Assembly (NCBI GenBank): GCA_963667665.2
Contig: OY763927.2
Location: 1,312,001 to 1,376,000, forward strand
Length of the DNA: 64,000 nucleotides
Source: Nitrosopumilus sp.
GTDB lineage: Archaea; Thermoproteota; Nitrososphaeria; Nitrososphaerales; Nitrosopumilaceae
Direction of reading: 5' to 3'
Below are positions 8,681 through 18,935 of the stretch, one piece after another. The translations under genes were made by a program, and so were the position numbers. Each line of letters opens with the position of its first letter. Positions within the stretch are counted from its first letter, which is position 1. Below the pieces are notes generated by a model. That model was not told the DNA's origin. It worked only from the letters and a program-made list of their open reading frames with translations, and did not search any database.

Positions 8681-9097
8681 TTGAGTTACAAGTTTTTAGA
8701 TCACGCAACTGATGCCATAATTGAAGTAACAGCAAAAGACCTCAAAGAAGCTTTTTCAGTAACTGCTGATGCTGTGATTAATCTAACACTTGATCAAGAT
8801 AAGGTAGAGGAAAAAGATCAAAAAGAGTTTTCAGCAAATGGAAAAGATCTAAGATATCTTCTATTTAGCTGGATTGAAGAGATAACATTTGTTCTAATTA
8901 CTCAAGGATTTGCAATAAAGAGAGTAGAATTTGATATTGAACAAAAAGAAGGCTACAAAATCATTGCCAAAGCATACGGTGAGCCTCTTGATTTACACAA
9001 ACATAATTTCAAAGTAGAGATAAAGGCACCTACATTTTACGAAATGGAGATAAATCAGGATGAAGGCGTTTATATGAAATTTTTGGTAGACTTGTAA
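8681..9097 (+). CDS. archease
   Basis: FLDHATD N-terminus, EIKAPT, C-terminal VDL. Confidence 0.9.
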   Translation: MSYKFLDHATDAIIEVTAKDLKEAFSVTADAVINLTLDQDKVEEKDQKEFSANGKDLRYLLFSWIEEITFVLITQGFAIKRVEFDIEQKEGYKIIAKAYGEPLDLHKHNFKVEIKAPTFYEMEINQDEGVYMKFLVDL

Positions 9098-9166
9098 AGA
9101 ATTTTTTGCAAATAGATAGAAGAAATTATACGCGTTTTTTAAAAAACTCCAAAATAAATCAATATT

Positions 9167-10753
9167 ATGCGCAGCAGACTAGCAGGATTTGCAGTATTTT
9201 CATTATTTGTACTAATGATGGTACCAGTCAATGCTGAGGTGACAGAAGTTTCCCTTGGAAAAAATCTCTACACTATTAATGAAAAGATTTCATTTGTGGG
9301 TAATGAAAGTGAAGGAAGTGAAATAGTTAATGTAGTTGTAAAACCACCTAGTGGAAAATCAGAATTGCTTGGAGGAGGTTTTTCTAATTCTGATGGAGAA
9401 TTTGAAACAATTCCACAACCAGTAAAAAATATCTTTGATAGAGTTGGAATATATAGTGTAACAGTATTTGTAGACAAAATTGAAAATGGTATTTCAATTC
9501 AACTTGAATTTGACGGAAACAAAGTATTTGAAGTTCCTGATGTTGTATTACAACTAAAATCAATTGTAGATAAAACAATAGAAGTAGAAAAAACAATTTC
9601 ATTTACAGCTAGTCTTACTGATAGTTCAATTGAGGATGCAGTTTTTAGTTTGAATAGTGCAGCGCCTACAGGGGCTACAATAGATTCAAGTTCTGGAAAA
9701 TTTATTTGGACTGTATCAAAATCGCAGGGAAATATTCAAGATGTACAGTATAATTTTGATATTATTGTAACAAAGGGAGCTCAAGAAGATAGAGAAAACA
9801 TAACAATTACAATAAAGCAAGCATATGTTGAACCAGAAAAAGAACCAAAACCCACAACAGAACCAGAACCATTAGAAATTCCAGCACCATTTGTTGATGA
9901 ATCAAAGGATCCACAGAGTTATGTTGATAGATACAACAATGAAATTACATACAAGGATTGGTTTGATAAAACATATCCAGAATATGATTCAATTTATCAG
10001 GCAGTGGGACTAGAGAAACCATTAGAAATTCCAGCGTCATTTGTAGATGAGTCAAAGGATCCACAGAGTTATGTTGATAGATACAACAATGAAATTACAT
10101 ACAAGGATTGGTTTGATAAAACATATCCAGAATATGATTCAATTTATCAGGCAGTTGGACTAGAAGAGCCAAAAGAATTAGCACCATTTGTTGATCCAAA
10201 TCTAGACCCTCAATACTATATTGATAGATACAATAATGAAATTACATACAAGGATTGGTTTGATAAAACATATCCAGACATTACAATTTACAAAGCAGTG
10301 GGAATTGAAGAAGAAGAGTTTGGAGAATGTGGTAAAGGAACAGATCTTGTAAATGGAATGTGTGTTATTGTTGATAATTCTGGAGGAGGTTGTCTTATTG
10401 CAACAGCTGCATATGGCTCAGAAATGGCACCACAAGTTCAATTACTTAGAGAGATTCGCGATAATCAATTAATGAATACTGAATCAGGATCATCATTTAT
10501 GACAGGATTCAACCAATTGTATTATTCATTCTCACCAACTATAGCTGATATGCAAAGAGAAAATCCAATGTTCCAAGAAATAGTAAAAATTGGAATTACC
10601 CCATTATTATCATCATTGTCAATAATGGAATATGCTGAATCAGACTCTGAAGTATTAGGATATGGTATTGGTGTTATTTTGATGAATATTGGAATGTATT
10701 TTGCAGCACCAGCAATTATAATTTTCAAGACTAGAAAATATATCAGAATTTAG
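9167..10753 (+). CDS. surface protein: Ig-like domain, three 50-aa repeats, CFI-box-CTERM domain
   Basis: Signal peptide; PTGATIDSSSGKFIW; FVDxxxDPQxYxDRYNNEITYKDWFDK repeats; GGGCLIATAAYGSE; C-terminal TM. Confidence 0.85.
   Translation: MRSRLAGFAVFSLFVLMMVPVNAEVTEVSLGKNLYTINEKISFVGNESEGSEIVNVVVKPPSGKSELLGGGFSNSDGEFETIPQPVKNIFDRVGIYSVTVFVDKIENGISIQLEFDGNKVFEVPDVVLQLKSIVDKTIEVEKTISFTASLTDSSIEDAVFSLNSAAPTGATIDSSSGKFIWTVSKSQGNIQDVQYNFDIIVTKGAQEDRENITITIKQAYVEPEKEPKPTTEPEPLEIPAPFVDESKDPQSYVDRYNNEITYKDWFDKTYPEYDSIYQAVGLEKPLEIPASFVDESKDPQSYVDRYNNEITYKDWFDKTYPEYDSIYQAVGLEEPKELAPFVDPNLDPQYYIDRYNNEITYKDWFDKTYPDITIYKAVGIEEEEFGECGKGTDLVNGMCVIVDNSGGGCLIATAAYGSEMAPQVQLLREIRDNQLMNTESGSSFMTGFNQLYYSFSPTIADMQRENPMFQEIVKIGITPLLSSLSIMEYAESDSEVLGYGIGVILMNIGMYFAAPAIIIFKTRKYIRI
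9887..10248 (+). repeat. 362-bp direct repeat, copy 1 (identical to 13190-13551)
   Basis: Base-by-base comparison by eye found no differences; it contains internal ~150-nt tandem units. Confidence 0.9.
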
Positions 10754-10834
10754 AAAAATCTTCAGATATTGTAAATCTCAATTGATCAAATGGGTAGTGA
10801 AATTTATTACTTAATTTATTAAATTTGCATCAAT

Positions 10835-13732
10835 GTGAATAATTATAAATTGGAAAAAAAAATAATTTTTAGTCTTTTATTCGTGCTTTGTGTTGCATCT
10901 ATTCAAATTGCATATGCTGAACCAGAATTTGCTTTCAAATTTGGTTCATTAGGCACGAATGATGATGAACTGGATAATCCTACAGATTTGATATTAGATA
11001 AAAATGGAAAAAATGTCTATGTAATAGACAACCAAAACAACAGAATTAATGCATTTGAAGACGATGGTGATGATGATTTCATTTATGGATCATTTTGCGA
11101 TATTGTATCTATTCAAGATTGCAATGACAATGCAGATGGAGCAGATGAAGATGGAGATGGTCAATTCAATAGCCCAATTAGTATTGCTCGAGATGCCTTA
11201 GGAAAGTTTTTTGTTGTAGATTCAGATAATTCAAGAGTACAGATATTTGATGATGATGGGGAATTTCAATCAAAGTTTGGTTCATCAGATAGTGGAGATG
11301 ATGAATATCTTGGCTCAGCTGTAGGAATCGTAATACAAGAATCATCTAGAGATATTTTTGTTTCAGATGTTAAAAGAGATTCAATATCTGTTTTTGATTC
11401 AACAGGTAACTTCAAGTTTAAATTTGATTCATTTGATGGAAACGATGATTTCAAAAACCCAACAAACATGATAATTGACAATTCAGAAGAAATGTTATTT
11501 GTTACAGATACAAGAAACGATAGAATTGTTATCTTTGAATTAGTTGATGGTACAACTTGTCCTAGTGGAACAGTAGAGTCAGTTGATGGAGTTTGTTTTG
11601 TAAAAGAATTTGGTTCTGCAGGATCAGATGAAGGAGAATTTGATGATCCCACAGGACTTGCATATGATTCTGTTAAGGATTTGTTGTATGTGGCTGATAC
11701 AGATAATAACAGAATTCAGATCTTTGAGATAATTGAAGGAAATGTTTGTCCTAGTAGAACACAGGAAATAGTTGACGGAGTTTGTTTTGTTGAAGAATTC
11801 GGTTCTGCAGGTACTAGAAATGGAAAATTTGACACTCCAATGGGAATTGCACTAGATACAACTAATGATTTGTTGTTTGTGGCTGATTCAGATAATGACA
11901 GAATTCAGGCATTTGATCTAAACACAGGACCTGTAGTTCTTCTTGCAGAAAAACCAGATAATCTAAAGGCATTACCAATTTCACCAACTTCAATAATAAT
12001 TTCATGGGATGAACCAGAAATGCAAGAAAATGTACCTGCAATTTCAGGATACAAAATAGAATACAAAATTGGTTCAGGAAGTTATGCAGTAATCACTGAA
12101 AATACTGCAAGTACTGCAACATCATTTATTCATCAGGGACTTAGTTCTAGTGAGACTTACTATTATCGAGTGTATTCAATTAATTCAGAAGGAACAAGCA
12201 CTTCATCAAGTGTTTCAATAAGGCCAGAACATACTACAACACCTGCAGCATTAACTGCAACAGCAATTTCACCTAACCAGATTAAACTTTCTTGGTTATC
12301 ACCATCAGATACTTTTGGACAAGCAATTAGTGGTTATGAAGTTAAAAGAGAAATTATTCCAGCAGTTTATGAGGTTATAGGAAATACAAACAAAGATACC
12401 ACCACATTCATTGTAAGCGGCTTGGCAACTGATAAGACATACACATTTGCAATTAGTGCAAATATTAGATCTGGAACAACACAAGAATCAAATTCTGCAT
12501 CTGCTACTCCACAAGAAGATTCAGTAGATACATCAGAAGAACCAATAACATCAACTTTAGTGCAAATAACAGTTTCTACACCACCAATAAAATTAACTGC
12601 ATCAAGTGTTTCAGCAACTCAAATTAATTTATCATGGAGTCCACCAGTAGAGGATGGAAATTCTCCAATTACAGGTTACAAAATTGAAATGAAAATAGAT
12701 AGTAATGCATTCACTACACTAGTTGCAGACACAGAAAGTACAACAGAAACATACTCACACATCAATCTCATAACAAATGCAAGGTATACCTACAAGATTT
12801 CAGCCATAAACTCTGCAGGAGTTAGTGAACCATCAAATGAATTTTCTACTACACCAAAATCAACAAATGTACAAATTAGCCCCATTGGTAAATTAACAAT
12901 AGATGAAGGAAAATTGTTATCTTTTACAGTTAAGCTTGTTGATAATTCAGTCAGTAATGCAGTATTTAGTTTGGAGAAAAATCCACCATCTGGTGTCAAA
13001 ATCATATCAAATACAGGTATGATTTCATGGACGCCATCAAGTTCTGATGGTGGAAAAACACACACATTTGATGTGGTAGCAAAAAAAGATGGAATCTCAG
13101 ATAGTGAGACAATAACGATTGTTGTCAATGACGTAATGAATGATTCACAATCAACAACAGAGCCTGAACCAAAAGAAACAGGAATTGCCCCATTTGTTGA
13201 TGAATCAAAGGATCCACAGAGTTATGTTGATAGATACAACAATGAAATTACATACAAGGATTGGTTTGATAAAACATATCCAGAATATGATTCAATTTAT
13301 CAGGCAGTGGGACTAGAGAAACCATTAGAAATTCCAGCGTCATTTGTAGATGAGTCAAAGGATCCACAGAGTTATGTTGATAGATACAACAATGAAATTA
13401 CATACAAGGATTGGTTTGATAAAACATATCCAGAATATGATTCAATTTATCAGGCAGTTGGACTAGAAGAGCCAAAAGAATTAGCACCATTTGTTGATCC
13501 AAATCTAGACCCTCAATACTATATTGATAGATACAATAATGAAATTACATATAAGGATTGGTTTGATAAAACATTTCCAGAATATGATTCAATTTATCAG
13601 GCAGTTGGACTAGAAGAGCCAAAAATTAAAGAGAAGCAATTTGGAATATGTGGTCCTGGAACAAAGTTGATTGACGGTGTATGTACAATTATTGAAAAAC
13701 CAATTGTAAAGCCTTGGTGGAAATTTTGGTAA
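10835..13732 (+). CDS. surface protein: NHL beta-propeller, three FN3 domains, Ig-like domain, three 50-aa repeats, KPWWKFW tail
   Basis: FGSxG...FxxPxGIA...VADxxNxRIQ repeats; IxxSW...IxGY...YxxRV/KI FN3 patterns. Confidence 0.88.
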   Translation: MNNYKLEKKIIFSLLFVLCVASIQIAYAEPEFAFKFGSLGTNDDELDNPTDLILDKNGKNVYVIDNQNNRINAFEDDGDDDFIYGSFCDIVSIQDCNDNADGADEDGDGQFNSPISIARDALGKFFVVDSDNSRVQIFDDDGEFQSKFGSSDSGDDEYLGSAVGIVIQESSRDIFVSDVKRDSISVFDSTGNFKFKFDSFDGNDDFKNPTNMIIDNSEEMLFVTDTRNDRIVIFELVDGTTCPSGTVESVDGVCFVKEFGSAGSDEGEFDDPTGLAYDSVKDLLYVADTDNNRIQIFEIIEGNVCPSRTQEIVDGVCFVEEFGSAGTRNGKFDTPMGIALDTTNDLLFVADSDNDRIQAFDLNTGPVVLLAEKPDNLKALPISPTSIIISWDEPEMQENVPAISGYKIEYKIGSGSYAVITENTASTATSFIHQGLSSSETYYYRVYSINSEGTSTSSSVSIRPEHTTTPAALTATAISPNQIKLSWLSPSDTFGQAISGYEVKREIIPAVYEVIGNTNKDTTTFIVSGLATDKTYTFAISANIRSGTTQESNSASATPQEDSVDTSEEPITSTLVQITVSTPPIKLTASSVSATQINLSWSPPVEDGNSPITGYKIEMKIDSNAFTTLVADTESTTETYSHINLITNARYTYKISAINSAGVSEPSNEFSTTPKSTNVQISPIGKLTIDEGKLLSFTVKLVDNSVSNAVFSLEKNPPSGVKIISNTGMISWTPSSSDGGKTHTFDVVAKKDGISDSETITIVVNDVMNDSQSTTEPEPKETGIAPFVDESKDPQSYVDRYNNEITYKDWFDKTYPEYDSIYQAVGLEKPLEIPASFVDESKDPQSYVDRYNNEITYKDWFDKTYPEYDSIYQAVGLEEPKELAPFVDPNLDPQYYIDRYNNEITYKDWFDKTFPEYDSIYQAVGLEEPKIKEKQFGICGPGTKLIDGVCTIIEKPIVKPWWKFW
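13190..13551 (+). repeat. 362-bp direct repeat, copy 2
   Basis: Identical to 9887-10248. Confidence 0.9.
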
Positions 13733-13781
13733 AATATATTGAAAAGTTAAGTTTTAATCACAATACTTTTTCATCATTATT

Positions 13782-13916
13782 ATGGGAAAACTAGATAAAC
13801 ATCTTAGAATTTGTGGCGAATGTGGTATTGTATATTCTTCAGTTAGCTTTACAAAACTCATTGATCAGTGTCCCATATGCAAATCAAGAAGATTTGAGTC
13901 AATTTCAATAGAATGA
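13782..13916 (+). CDS. 44-aa Zn-ribbon microprotein (not in ORF track)
   Basis: MGKLDKHLRICGECGIVYSSVSFTKLIDQCPICKSRRFESISIE*; TTTTAAT about 25 nt upstream. Confidence 0.7.
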   Translation: MGKLDKHLRICGECGIVYSSVSFTKLIDQCPICKSRRFESISIE

Positions 13917-13972
13917 GATAAACAATAATTATTCAACATAGATTTTTTAGTAGAACTAATTTTTGAGATATA

Positions 13973-14374
13973 ATGTCTGATGACCCAGAAATTGAGAAAA
14001 TAAAGCAAAAACAGTTAGAAGAATTGCTCAAACAGCAAAATCAGCCCAAAATTGAGCCTGGAATCATAGATTTGAATGAGTCTAATTTTGACCAAACCAT
14101 ATCAGCTGAGAATCCAACATTAGTAGATTTTTGGGCAGAGTGGTGCGGACCATGCAAGACGATGCATCCAGTTTTTGAGAGTCTATCAAAAACTTATCCA
14201 AAAATAAAATTTGCCAGAGTTAATGTTGATAACAATCAAAACATTTCAACGAGATTTGCAGTTCAATCAATTCCTACATTTATCATGTTCAAGTCAGGAC
14301 AAATTGCAGATAAAATGATGGGAGCAGTTGGTGCACCTGGAATTCATATGATTTGCAAAAAGTATTCAAACTAG
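13973..14374 (+). CDS. trxA: thioredoxin
   Basis: DFWAEWCGPCK. Confidence 0.92.
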   Translation: MSDDPEIEKIKQKQLEELLKQQNQPKIEPGIIDLNESNFDQTISAENPTLVDFWAEWCGPCKTMHPVFESLSKTYPKIKFARVNVDNNQNISTRFAVQSIPTFIMFKSGQIADKMMGAVGAPGIHMICKKYSN

Positions 14375-16152
14375 TAAGCGTATACTGGTTCTTTTTCTCG
14401 TTGAATCCTAACTATTTCATTTAGAATTTTTTGTTCTTCAGGATTGAGTTTATGCATGAATCTATTGAGTAGTTGTTTTGCTTGGTGTGATGGCGGAAAC
14501 GTGTAGTAAACTTCTTCTTCAAAGATTTGTCTACCAATTGTAACATCTCTAACAGAGCAGGCAACCTCATCTCCTGTTTTTGCAGAAGTAACTGTTTTTT
14601 TATCTAGTTGAAGTTGATGGATATTTCCAACCTTTCTTCCTTTCATGTTCATAAATGGAATTTTTTGTTTTAGAGTTCCAACATCTATACGAATTCCAAA
14701 AACTGCAGGATCATTATTTCTGAAAACCATTCCTTTGAGGAAGGTAAATTTTGAGATTGGAACTAATTCTGAAAATATTGCATCTTCTTCATTTGCACTA
14801 TCTTCTTCAACCCATGCATTGTAGTTATCAATTAAACTGTAGATTACTTTGTCTTCAAACACTTTGATATGACTGTCTTCTGATTCTTCTTTTGCATCAG
14901 GTAGAACCTTGACATTAAATGACAAAACAACTCCTAGATGTCTATCTTTTTCTTTGATTGCTTTTGCTTCAATAACATCTCGTCTGGTAACAGGTCCAAT
15001 GTCGGCTTTGGCAACAGGGACTTGGGAGCGTCTAAGCATCTCAATTATGGCCTCAAGTGAGCCTATAGTATCGCATTTGAGGATAATTCCGTTAGTTTCA
15101 GTGTCAATAAACATAGATTTCATTTCAGATTCGATGAGTTTGGAGAATTTTTCTATCTCTTCTTTATTTGATGCAACATAGAGAGTACTTCCTGGAAGAA
15201 CTCCCTCAAGATCAGGTGATGCGATTTTTAGTCCAGCAGCAGCATCTACTTGTGTAACTGGTTTGAATTTATCTCGAGGATCTCGCATCTCATCGAGAGG
15301 TTTTGGTAAAAGCAATGCTTTTGGTTTTATTACTACAACAGAATCTCTTTTAGCTACAACAATGCTGTTTTCTTTTTTGATTGTTCCATCAATTAGAATA
15401 ATATTCGCTGTTTGTCCTAACCCTACCTCATCTTTTACCTCCAAGACAATGCCACGTGGATCTTTTTCTTCCTTGCTGAGTCTTTTTTGAAGATACTGTT
15501 GCGTTAATCCTACTAGTACACTAAGTAATTCAGGAATCCCAACTCCAGATCGTGCAGAGATTGGAACTATTGCAATCTCGGATTTAAAGTCCTTAACACG
15601 ATAAAATGCCTCTGATTGATATCCCAAAATAGAAAGAGTTCCTACAACATCATAGATCTTTTGATCAAGATCAGCTTGGATAGATGCATCTTGTTCTTTT
15701 AGTACCTTTGAGATAAAAAGAGACTCTGATTTTCGCCATCCAGAAATTTGATCACATTTGTTTAGTGCAATAACAAAAGGAACTTTTCTGTTCTGTAGAA
15801 TTTTCAAGCTTTCATTTGTTTGTGGTTGAAATCCACGATTAACATCAACTACGAGAATTGCAATGTCAGCTGCTGATCCTCCTCTAGAACGAAGGTTTGT
15901 AAAAACTTCGTGTCCCGGAGTATCAATAACTAAAATTCCTGGAACCTGATTTTCTGATTCTTCAAGTTTCTTGTATAATATTCCACATGTTTTTTTGATG
16001 GTCTCAATTGGAAGAAAGCTTGCACCAATGTGCTGTGTAATTCCACCGGCTTCTCTACCTTGAACACCTGTACCACGAATTTTATCTAAAAGAGAAGTTT
16101 TACCAGAGTCTACATGACCAAGAACTGCCACTATGGGCTGACGAATTTGCAA
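14371..16152 (-). CDS. infB: translation initiation factor IF-2/aIF5B
   Basis: GHVDSGKT, GGITQHIGA, DTPGHE, NKCD. Confidence 0.97.
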   Translation of the reverse strand: MQIRQPIVAVLGHVDSGKTSLLDKIRGTGVQGREAGGITQHIGASFLPIETIKKTCGILYKKLEESENQVPGILVIDTPGHEVFTNLRSRGGSAADIAILVVDVNRGFQPQTNESLKILQNRKVPFVIALNKCDQISGWRKSESLFISKVLKEQDASIQADLDQKIYDVVGTLSILGYQSEAFYRVKDFKSEIAIVPISARSGVGIPELLSVLVGLTQQYLQKRLSKEEKDPRGIVLEVKDEVGLGQTANIILIDGTIKKENSIVVAKRDSVVVIKPKALLLPKPLDEMRDPRDKFKPVTQVDAAAGLKIASPDLEGVLPGSTLYVASNKEEIEKFSKLIESEMKSMFIDTETNGIILKCDTIGSLEAIIEMLRRSQVPVAKADIGPVTRRDVIEAKAIKEKDRHLGVVLSFNVKVLPDAKEESEDSHIKVFEDKVIYSLIDNYNAWVEEDSANEEDAIFSELVPISKFTFLKGMVFRNNDPAVFGIRIDVGTLKQKIPFMNMKGRKVGNIHQLQLDKKTVTSAKTGDEVACSVRDVTIGRQIFEEEVYYTFPPSHQAKQLLNRFMHKLNPEEQKILNEIVRIQREKEPVYAY

Positions 16153-16158
16153 ACCAGA

Positions 16159-16560
16159 TCACTCAAACACTACCCTCGATTCGTGATCAAAACTTTCCTG
16201 TGAATCTGATGCATGAATAATATTTGCACTAAATCCTAATCCAAAGTCTCCCCTGATGGAACCAGGTTCTGCTTCAAATGATTTAGTTGTGCCAATCATA
16301 ATTCTTGTAGTAGCAATTGCATTGTTTCCTTCAATGATTGCTGCAACTACAGGCCCTGATGTGATAAATGATGTCAATTCACCAAAGAAAGGTTTGTCTT
16401 TGTGTACATCATAGAATTTCTCTGCTTGTTCTTGAGTAAATGTAAACATCTTTAGTTTCAAAATTTTAAATCCTTTTTTTTCAAATCTTGATATAACTTC
16501 ACCAACTAGATTTCTAGCCACTGCATCTGGCTTTACAATAAATAGAGTATTTTCAGACAA
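16159..16560 (-). CDS. ndk: nucleoside diphosphate kinase
   Basis: VKPDA, PGSIRGDF, NIIHASDS. Confidence 0.97.
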   Translation of the reverse strand: MSENTLFIVKPDAVARNLVGEVISRFEKKGFKILKLKMFTFTQEQAEKFYDVHKDKPFFGELTSFITSGPVVAAIIEGNNAIATTRIMIGTTKSFEAEPGSIRGDFGLGFSANIIHASDSQESFDHESRVVFE

Positions 16561-16562
16561 TT

Positions 16563-16763
16563 CTACTTCTTTCTAATTCCGCCTTTAACGTGTTTTTTGG
16601 TCCACTTTAATTTTCTTGGATCACGTTTTAGAACTAGTGCATTTTTTTTACATTTTGAAGAACAGAACCATAAAACAGTTCCATTATTTTTGGCAAACAT
16701 TGTACCTGAACCTTTGGGAACAGGTCTATCACAAAAACTGCAAGGTTTAGCTAAAAGACTCAT
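16563..16763 (-). CDS. rpl24e: 50S ribosomal protein L24e
   Basis: CSFC...FCSSKC...PRKLKWT. Confidence 0.95.
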   Translation of the reverse strand: MSLLAKPCSFCDRPVPKGSGTMFAKNNGTVLWFCSSKCKKNALVLKRDPRKLKWTKKHVKGGIRKK

Positions 16764-16771
16764 CTAATCAC

Positions 16772-16984
16772 CTATTTGATCTTTTTTGCTTCTCGCTCTG
16801 TTTCTCGTAACATGAGAATCTCACCCACTCTAACAGAACCTTTGACATTTCTTGTAAGAATTCTTCCTTTATCATTTCCTGTAAGAACTTTAACTCTAAC
16901 TTGAATTACTTCACCAGCAATGCCAGTTCGTCCAACAATTTGAATAATTTCAGATTGAACTACTTGATCAGTTGTAGAGCTCAT
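16772..16984 (-). CDS. rps28e: 30S ribosomal protein S28e
   Basis: [12 protein letters not shown]...RNVKG...ETEREA. Confidence 0.96.
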   Translation of the reverse strand: MSSTTDQVVQSEIIQIVGRTGIAGEVIQVRVKVLTGNDKGRILTRNVKGSVRVGEILMLRETEREAKKIK

Positions 16985-17367
16985 TGATCAGTCTTGCCAC
17001 CTTTGAGTTTTGCAATTGTTTCTATAATTTGATCGACTATGTGTTGTGCATCACCAGCATCCAAAATTGCTGCAGCTGCAGAAGTAATCTCAATACCTAG
17101 TGAACTACCTAATTCTTGCTTTGTTGGAACAAATACAAATGCTGTATCGTGTTCCTCACATAGAATTGGAAGATGAGCGACTACCTCAGGTGGTTCAACA
17201 TCTTCTGCTATAATGATTAGCTTACTTGTGCCACGTTCAATTGCCTTGGTGGCTTCGTTAGTTCCTTTCTTGACCTTACCGCTAGTAGATGCTACTCTAA
17301 GTGCCTCTAAAATTGGGCTTACAAGATCCTCTGGTGTTTCAAATTTAACGTAATATGGTTTTCCCAT
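16981..17367 (-). CDS. rpl7ae: 50S ribosomal protein L7Ae
   Basis: [28 protein letters not shown]. Confidence 0.97.
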   Translation of the reverse strand: MGKPYYVKFETPEDLVSPILEALRVASTSGKVKKGTNEATKAIERGTSKLIIIAEDVEPPEVVAHLPILCEEHDTAFVFVPTKQELGSSLGIEITSAAAAILDAGDAQHIVDQIIETIAKLKGGKTDQ

Positions 17368-17428
17368 ACTTTGTCACCCTAAGGTTCATTCTCCATTCTC
17401 TCAGTCGATTAGTTTGGTATTAAAAGTG

Positions 17429-18775
17429 TTATCGGGAAATAATTGATTTTACTTTTTTGATATATTCAGACATCAATGTGTCTAGTTTCTCCTGACTTTT
17501 AGCTTCTGCATAGATTCTAACAATTGGTTCAGTTCCACTAGATCTAATCATTACCCAATTTTTTGAATCAATTGTTATTTTGATACCATCAGTTGTATCA
17601 GAACTTGGAAACTTTTCTTTTAGTGAGATAATCAGTTTTGAAGCATTTTCTGCAGAACATGAAACCTTGTCTTTTGTAGTAAAAGAAGGAGGTAAACTGT
17701 CAATCTCATCAGATAGAGACTTGCCTGTAGCTAAAAGTTCAAGCATTAATGCCAAAGCCATACAGCCATCTCTGACTTGATTATGTTTTCCATACATGAA
17801 TCCCCCATTTTCTTCAAATCCTATTAACGCATCAGTTGCAACCATTTTTCGTGATACTTCAACGCTACCCACTTTGGTACGAATAACTTTTGAGTTGAAT
17901 TTTTCAGCCATTACTTCAATATTAGAACCAGAATTCAAACAAGTAATAATTAACGAGTTTGGATTTTTCTTTAAGATATGTTGAGTAAGAAGTAATGCAG
18001 ATTTATCGCCAGTTAAGACATTACCTTTGTTGTCACAAAAAATACTTCTATCCCCATCTCCATCAAATGCAATTCCAAAATCAGCATTGTTTTCTACCAC
18101 AGTCTTTGAAAGCTCGGAAAGATTTTGTGGTGTTGGTTCTGATCCACGTCCTGGAAAGCTTCCATCAATATTTTGATTTACTAAAAGTGTTTCACAATGT
18201 AGCATTTTACAAAAATCAGGTGCAGAAACTGCTTGTACACCATTTCCTAAATCTAAAACTACTTTGAAATTTTTTGATTCTATTAATTTAGAATCAACAT
18301 GAGAAATGATTCCTTTAAGATATGTTTCAACTGTTCTCTCCTCTCTTCCTGTTTCACCCCAATTATCAGCATTCTTTATCCAACTTTTTTGTGTATAGAT
18401 ATCTTCAATTATTAATTCATCTTCTCGTGAAATCTCAACTCCATCCTTTGCAGCTGGTTTGATTCCATTGTATTGTGGAGGATTGTGAGATGCAGTAATC
18501 ATAATTCCACCAGAATAACCCAAAGTCTTTACAGCGAATTCAAGACAAGGAGTTGGAACAATTCCTGCAACATTACAATTAATTCCTATTGAATTCAAAG
18601 CAGAGCTTATAACTTTGCAAATTACTGGACTTGATTCTCTTCCATCAAAACCAATCAGTATTGGTCCTCGTGCAAAGTAAGTTCCAATAGCTAAAGTCAT
18701 ATCATGAACAAATTCTAATGTAAAGTTTTCAGAGAATACTCCACGAATTCCATTTGTTCCAAAAAATTTTGCCAT
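17429..18775 (-). CDS. glmM: phosphohexomutase (phosphoglucosamine mutase / PMM-PGM)
   Basis: FGTNGIRG, TASHNP, DGDGDR, GTEP; start taken at MAKFFG. Confidence 0.88.
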   Translation of the reverse strand: MAKFFGTNGIRGVFSENFTLEFVHDMTLAIGTYFARGPILIGFDGRESSPVICKVISSALNSIGINCNVAGIVPTPCLEFAVKTLGYSGGIMITASHNPPQYNGIKPAAKDGVEISREDELIIEDIYTQKSWIKNADNWGETGREERTVETYLKGIISHVDSKLIESKNFKVVLDLGNGVQAVSAPDFCKMLHCETLLVNQNIDGSFPGRGSEPTPQNLSELSKTVVENNADFGIAFDGDGDRSIFCDNKGNVLTGDKSALLLTQHILKKNPNSLIITCLNSGSNIEVMAEKFNSKVIRTKVGSVEVSRKMVATDALIGFEENGGFMYGKHNQVRDGCMALALMLELLATGKSLSDEIDSLPPSFTTKDKVSCSAENASKLIISLKEKFPSSDTTDGIKITIDSKNWVMIRSSGTEPIVRIYAEAKSQEKLDTLMSEYIKKVKSIISR

Positions 18776-18822
18776 AATATTATTCAATAATAGATAAATT
18801 TGTGTTTAATGGCATGTCCGTT

Positions 18823-18910
18823 GCGGGAGTCGCCCAGCCTGGTCAAAGGCGTAGGGCTTAGGACCCTATATCTTAGGATTTCGTGGGTTCAAATCCCACT
18901 TCCCGCACCA
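18823..18910 (+). tRNA. tRNA-Leu(TAG), encoded CCA
   Basis: GCGGGAG/TTCCCGC acceptor, TAGGG-CTTAGGA-CCCTA anticodon arm, long variable arm, GTTCAAATC. Confidence 0.95.
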
Positions 18911-18935
18911 TTTTGATTTCTGTGAATGATTAATA

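Noticed and set aside
9866-10300. CRISPR array
   Set aside because: Units are ~150-nt in-frame coding repeats with no unique spacers; no cas genes seen.
9866-13620. Repeats as DGR template/variable regions
   Set aside because: The two gene copies are identical, differences between internal units are not adenine-specific, and no reverse transcriptase is in the window.
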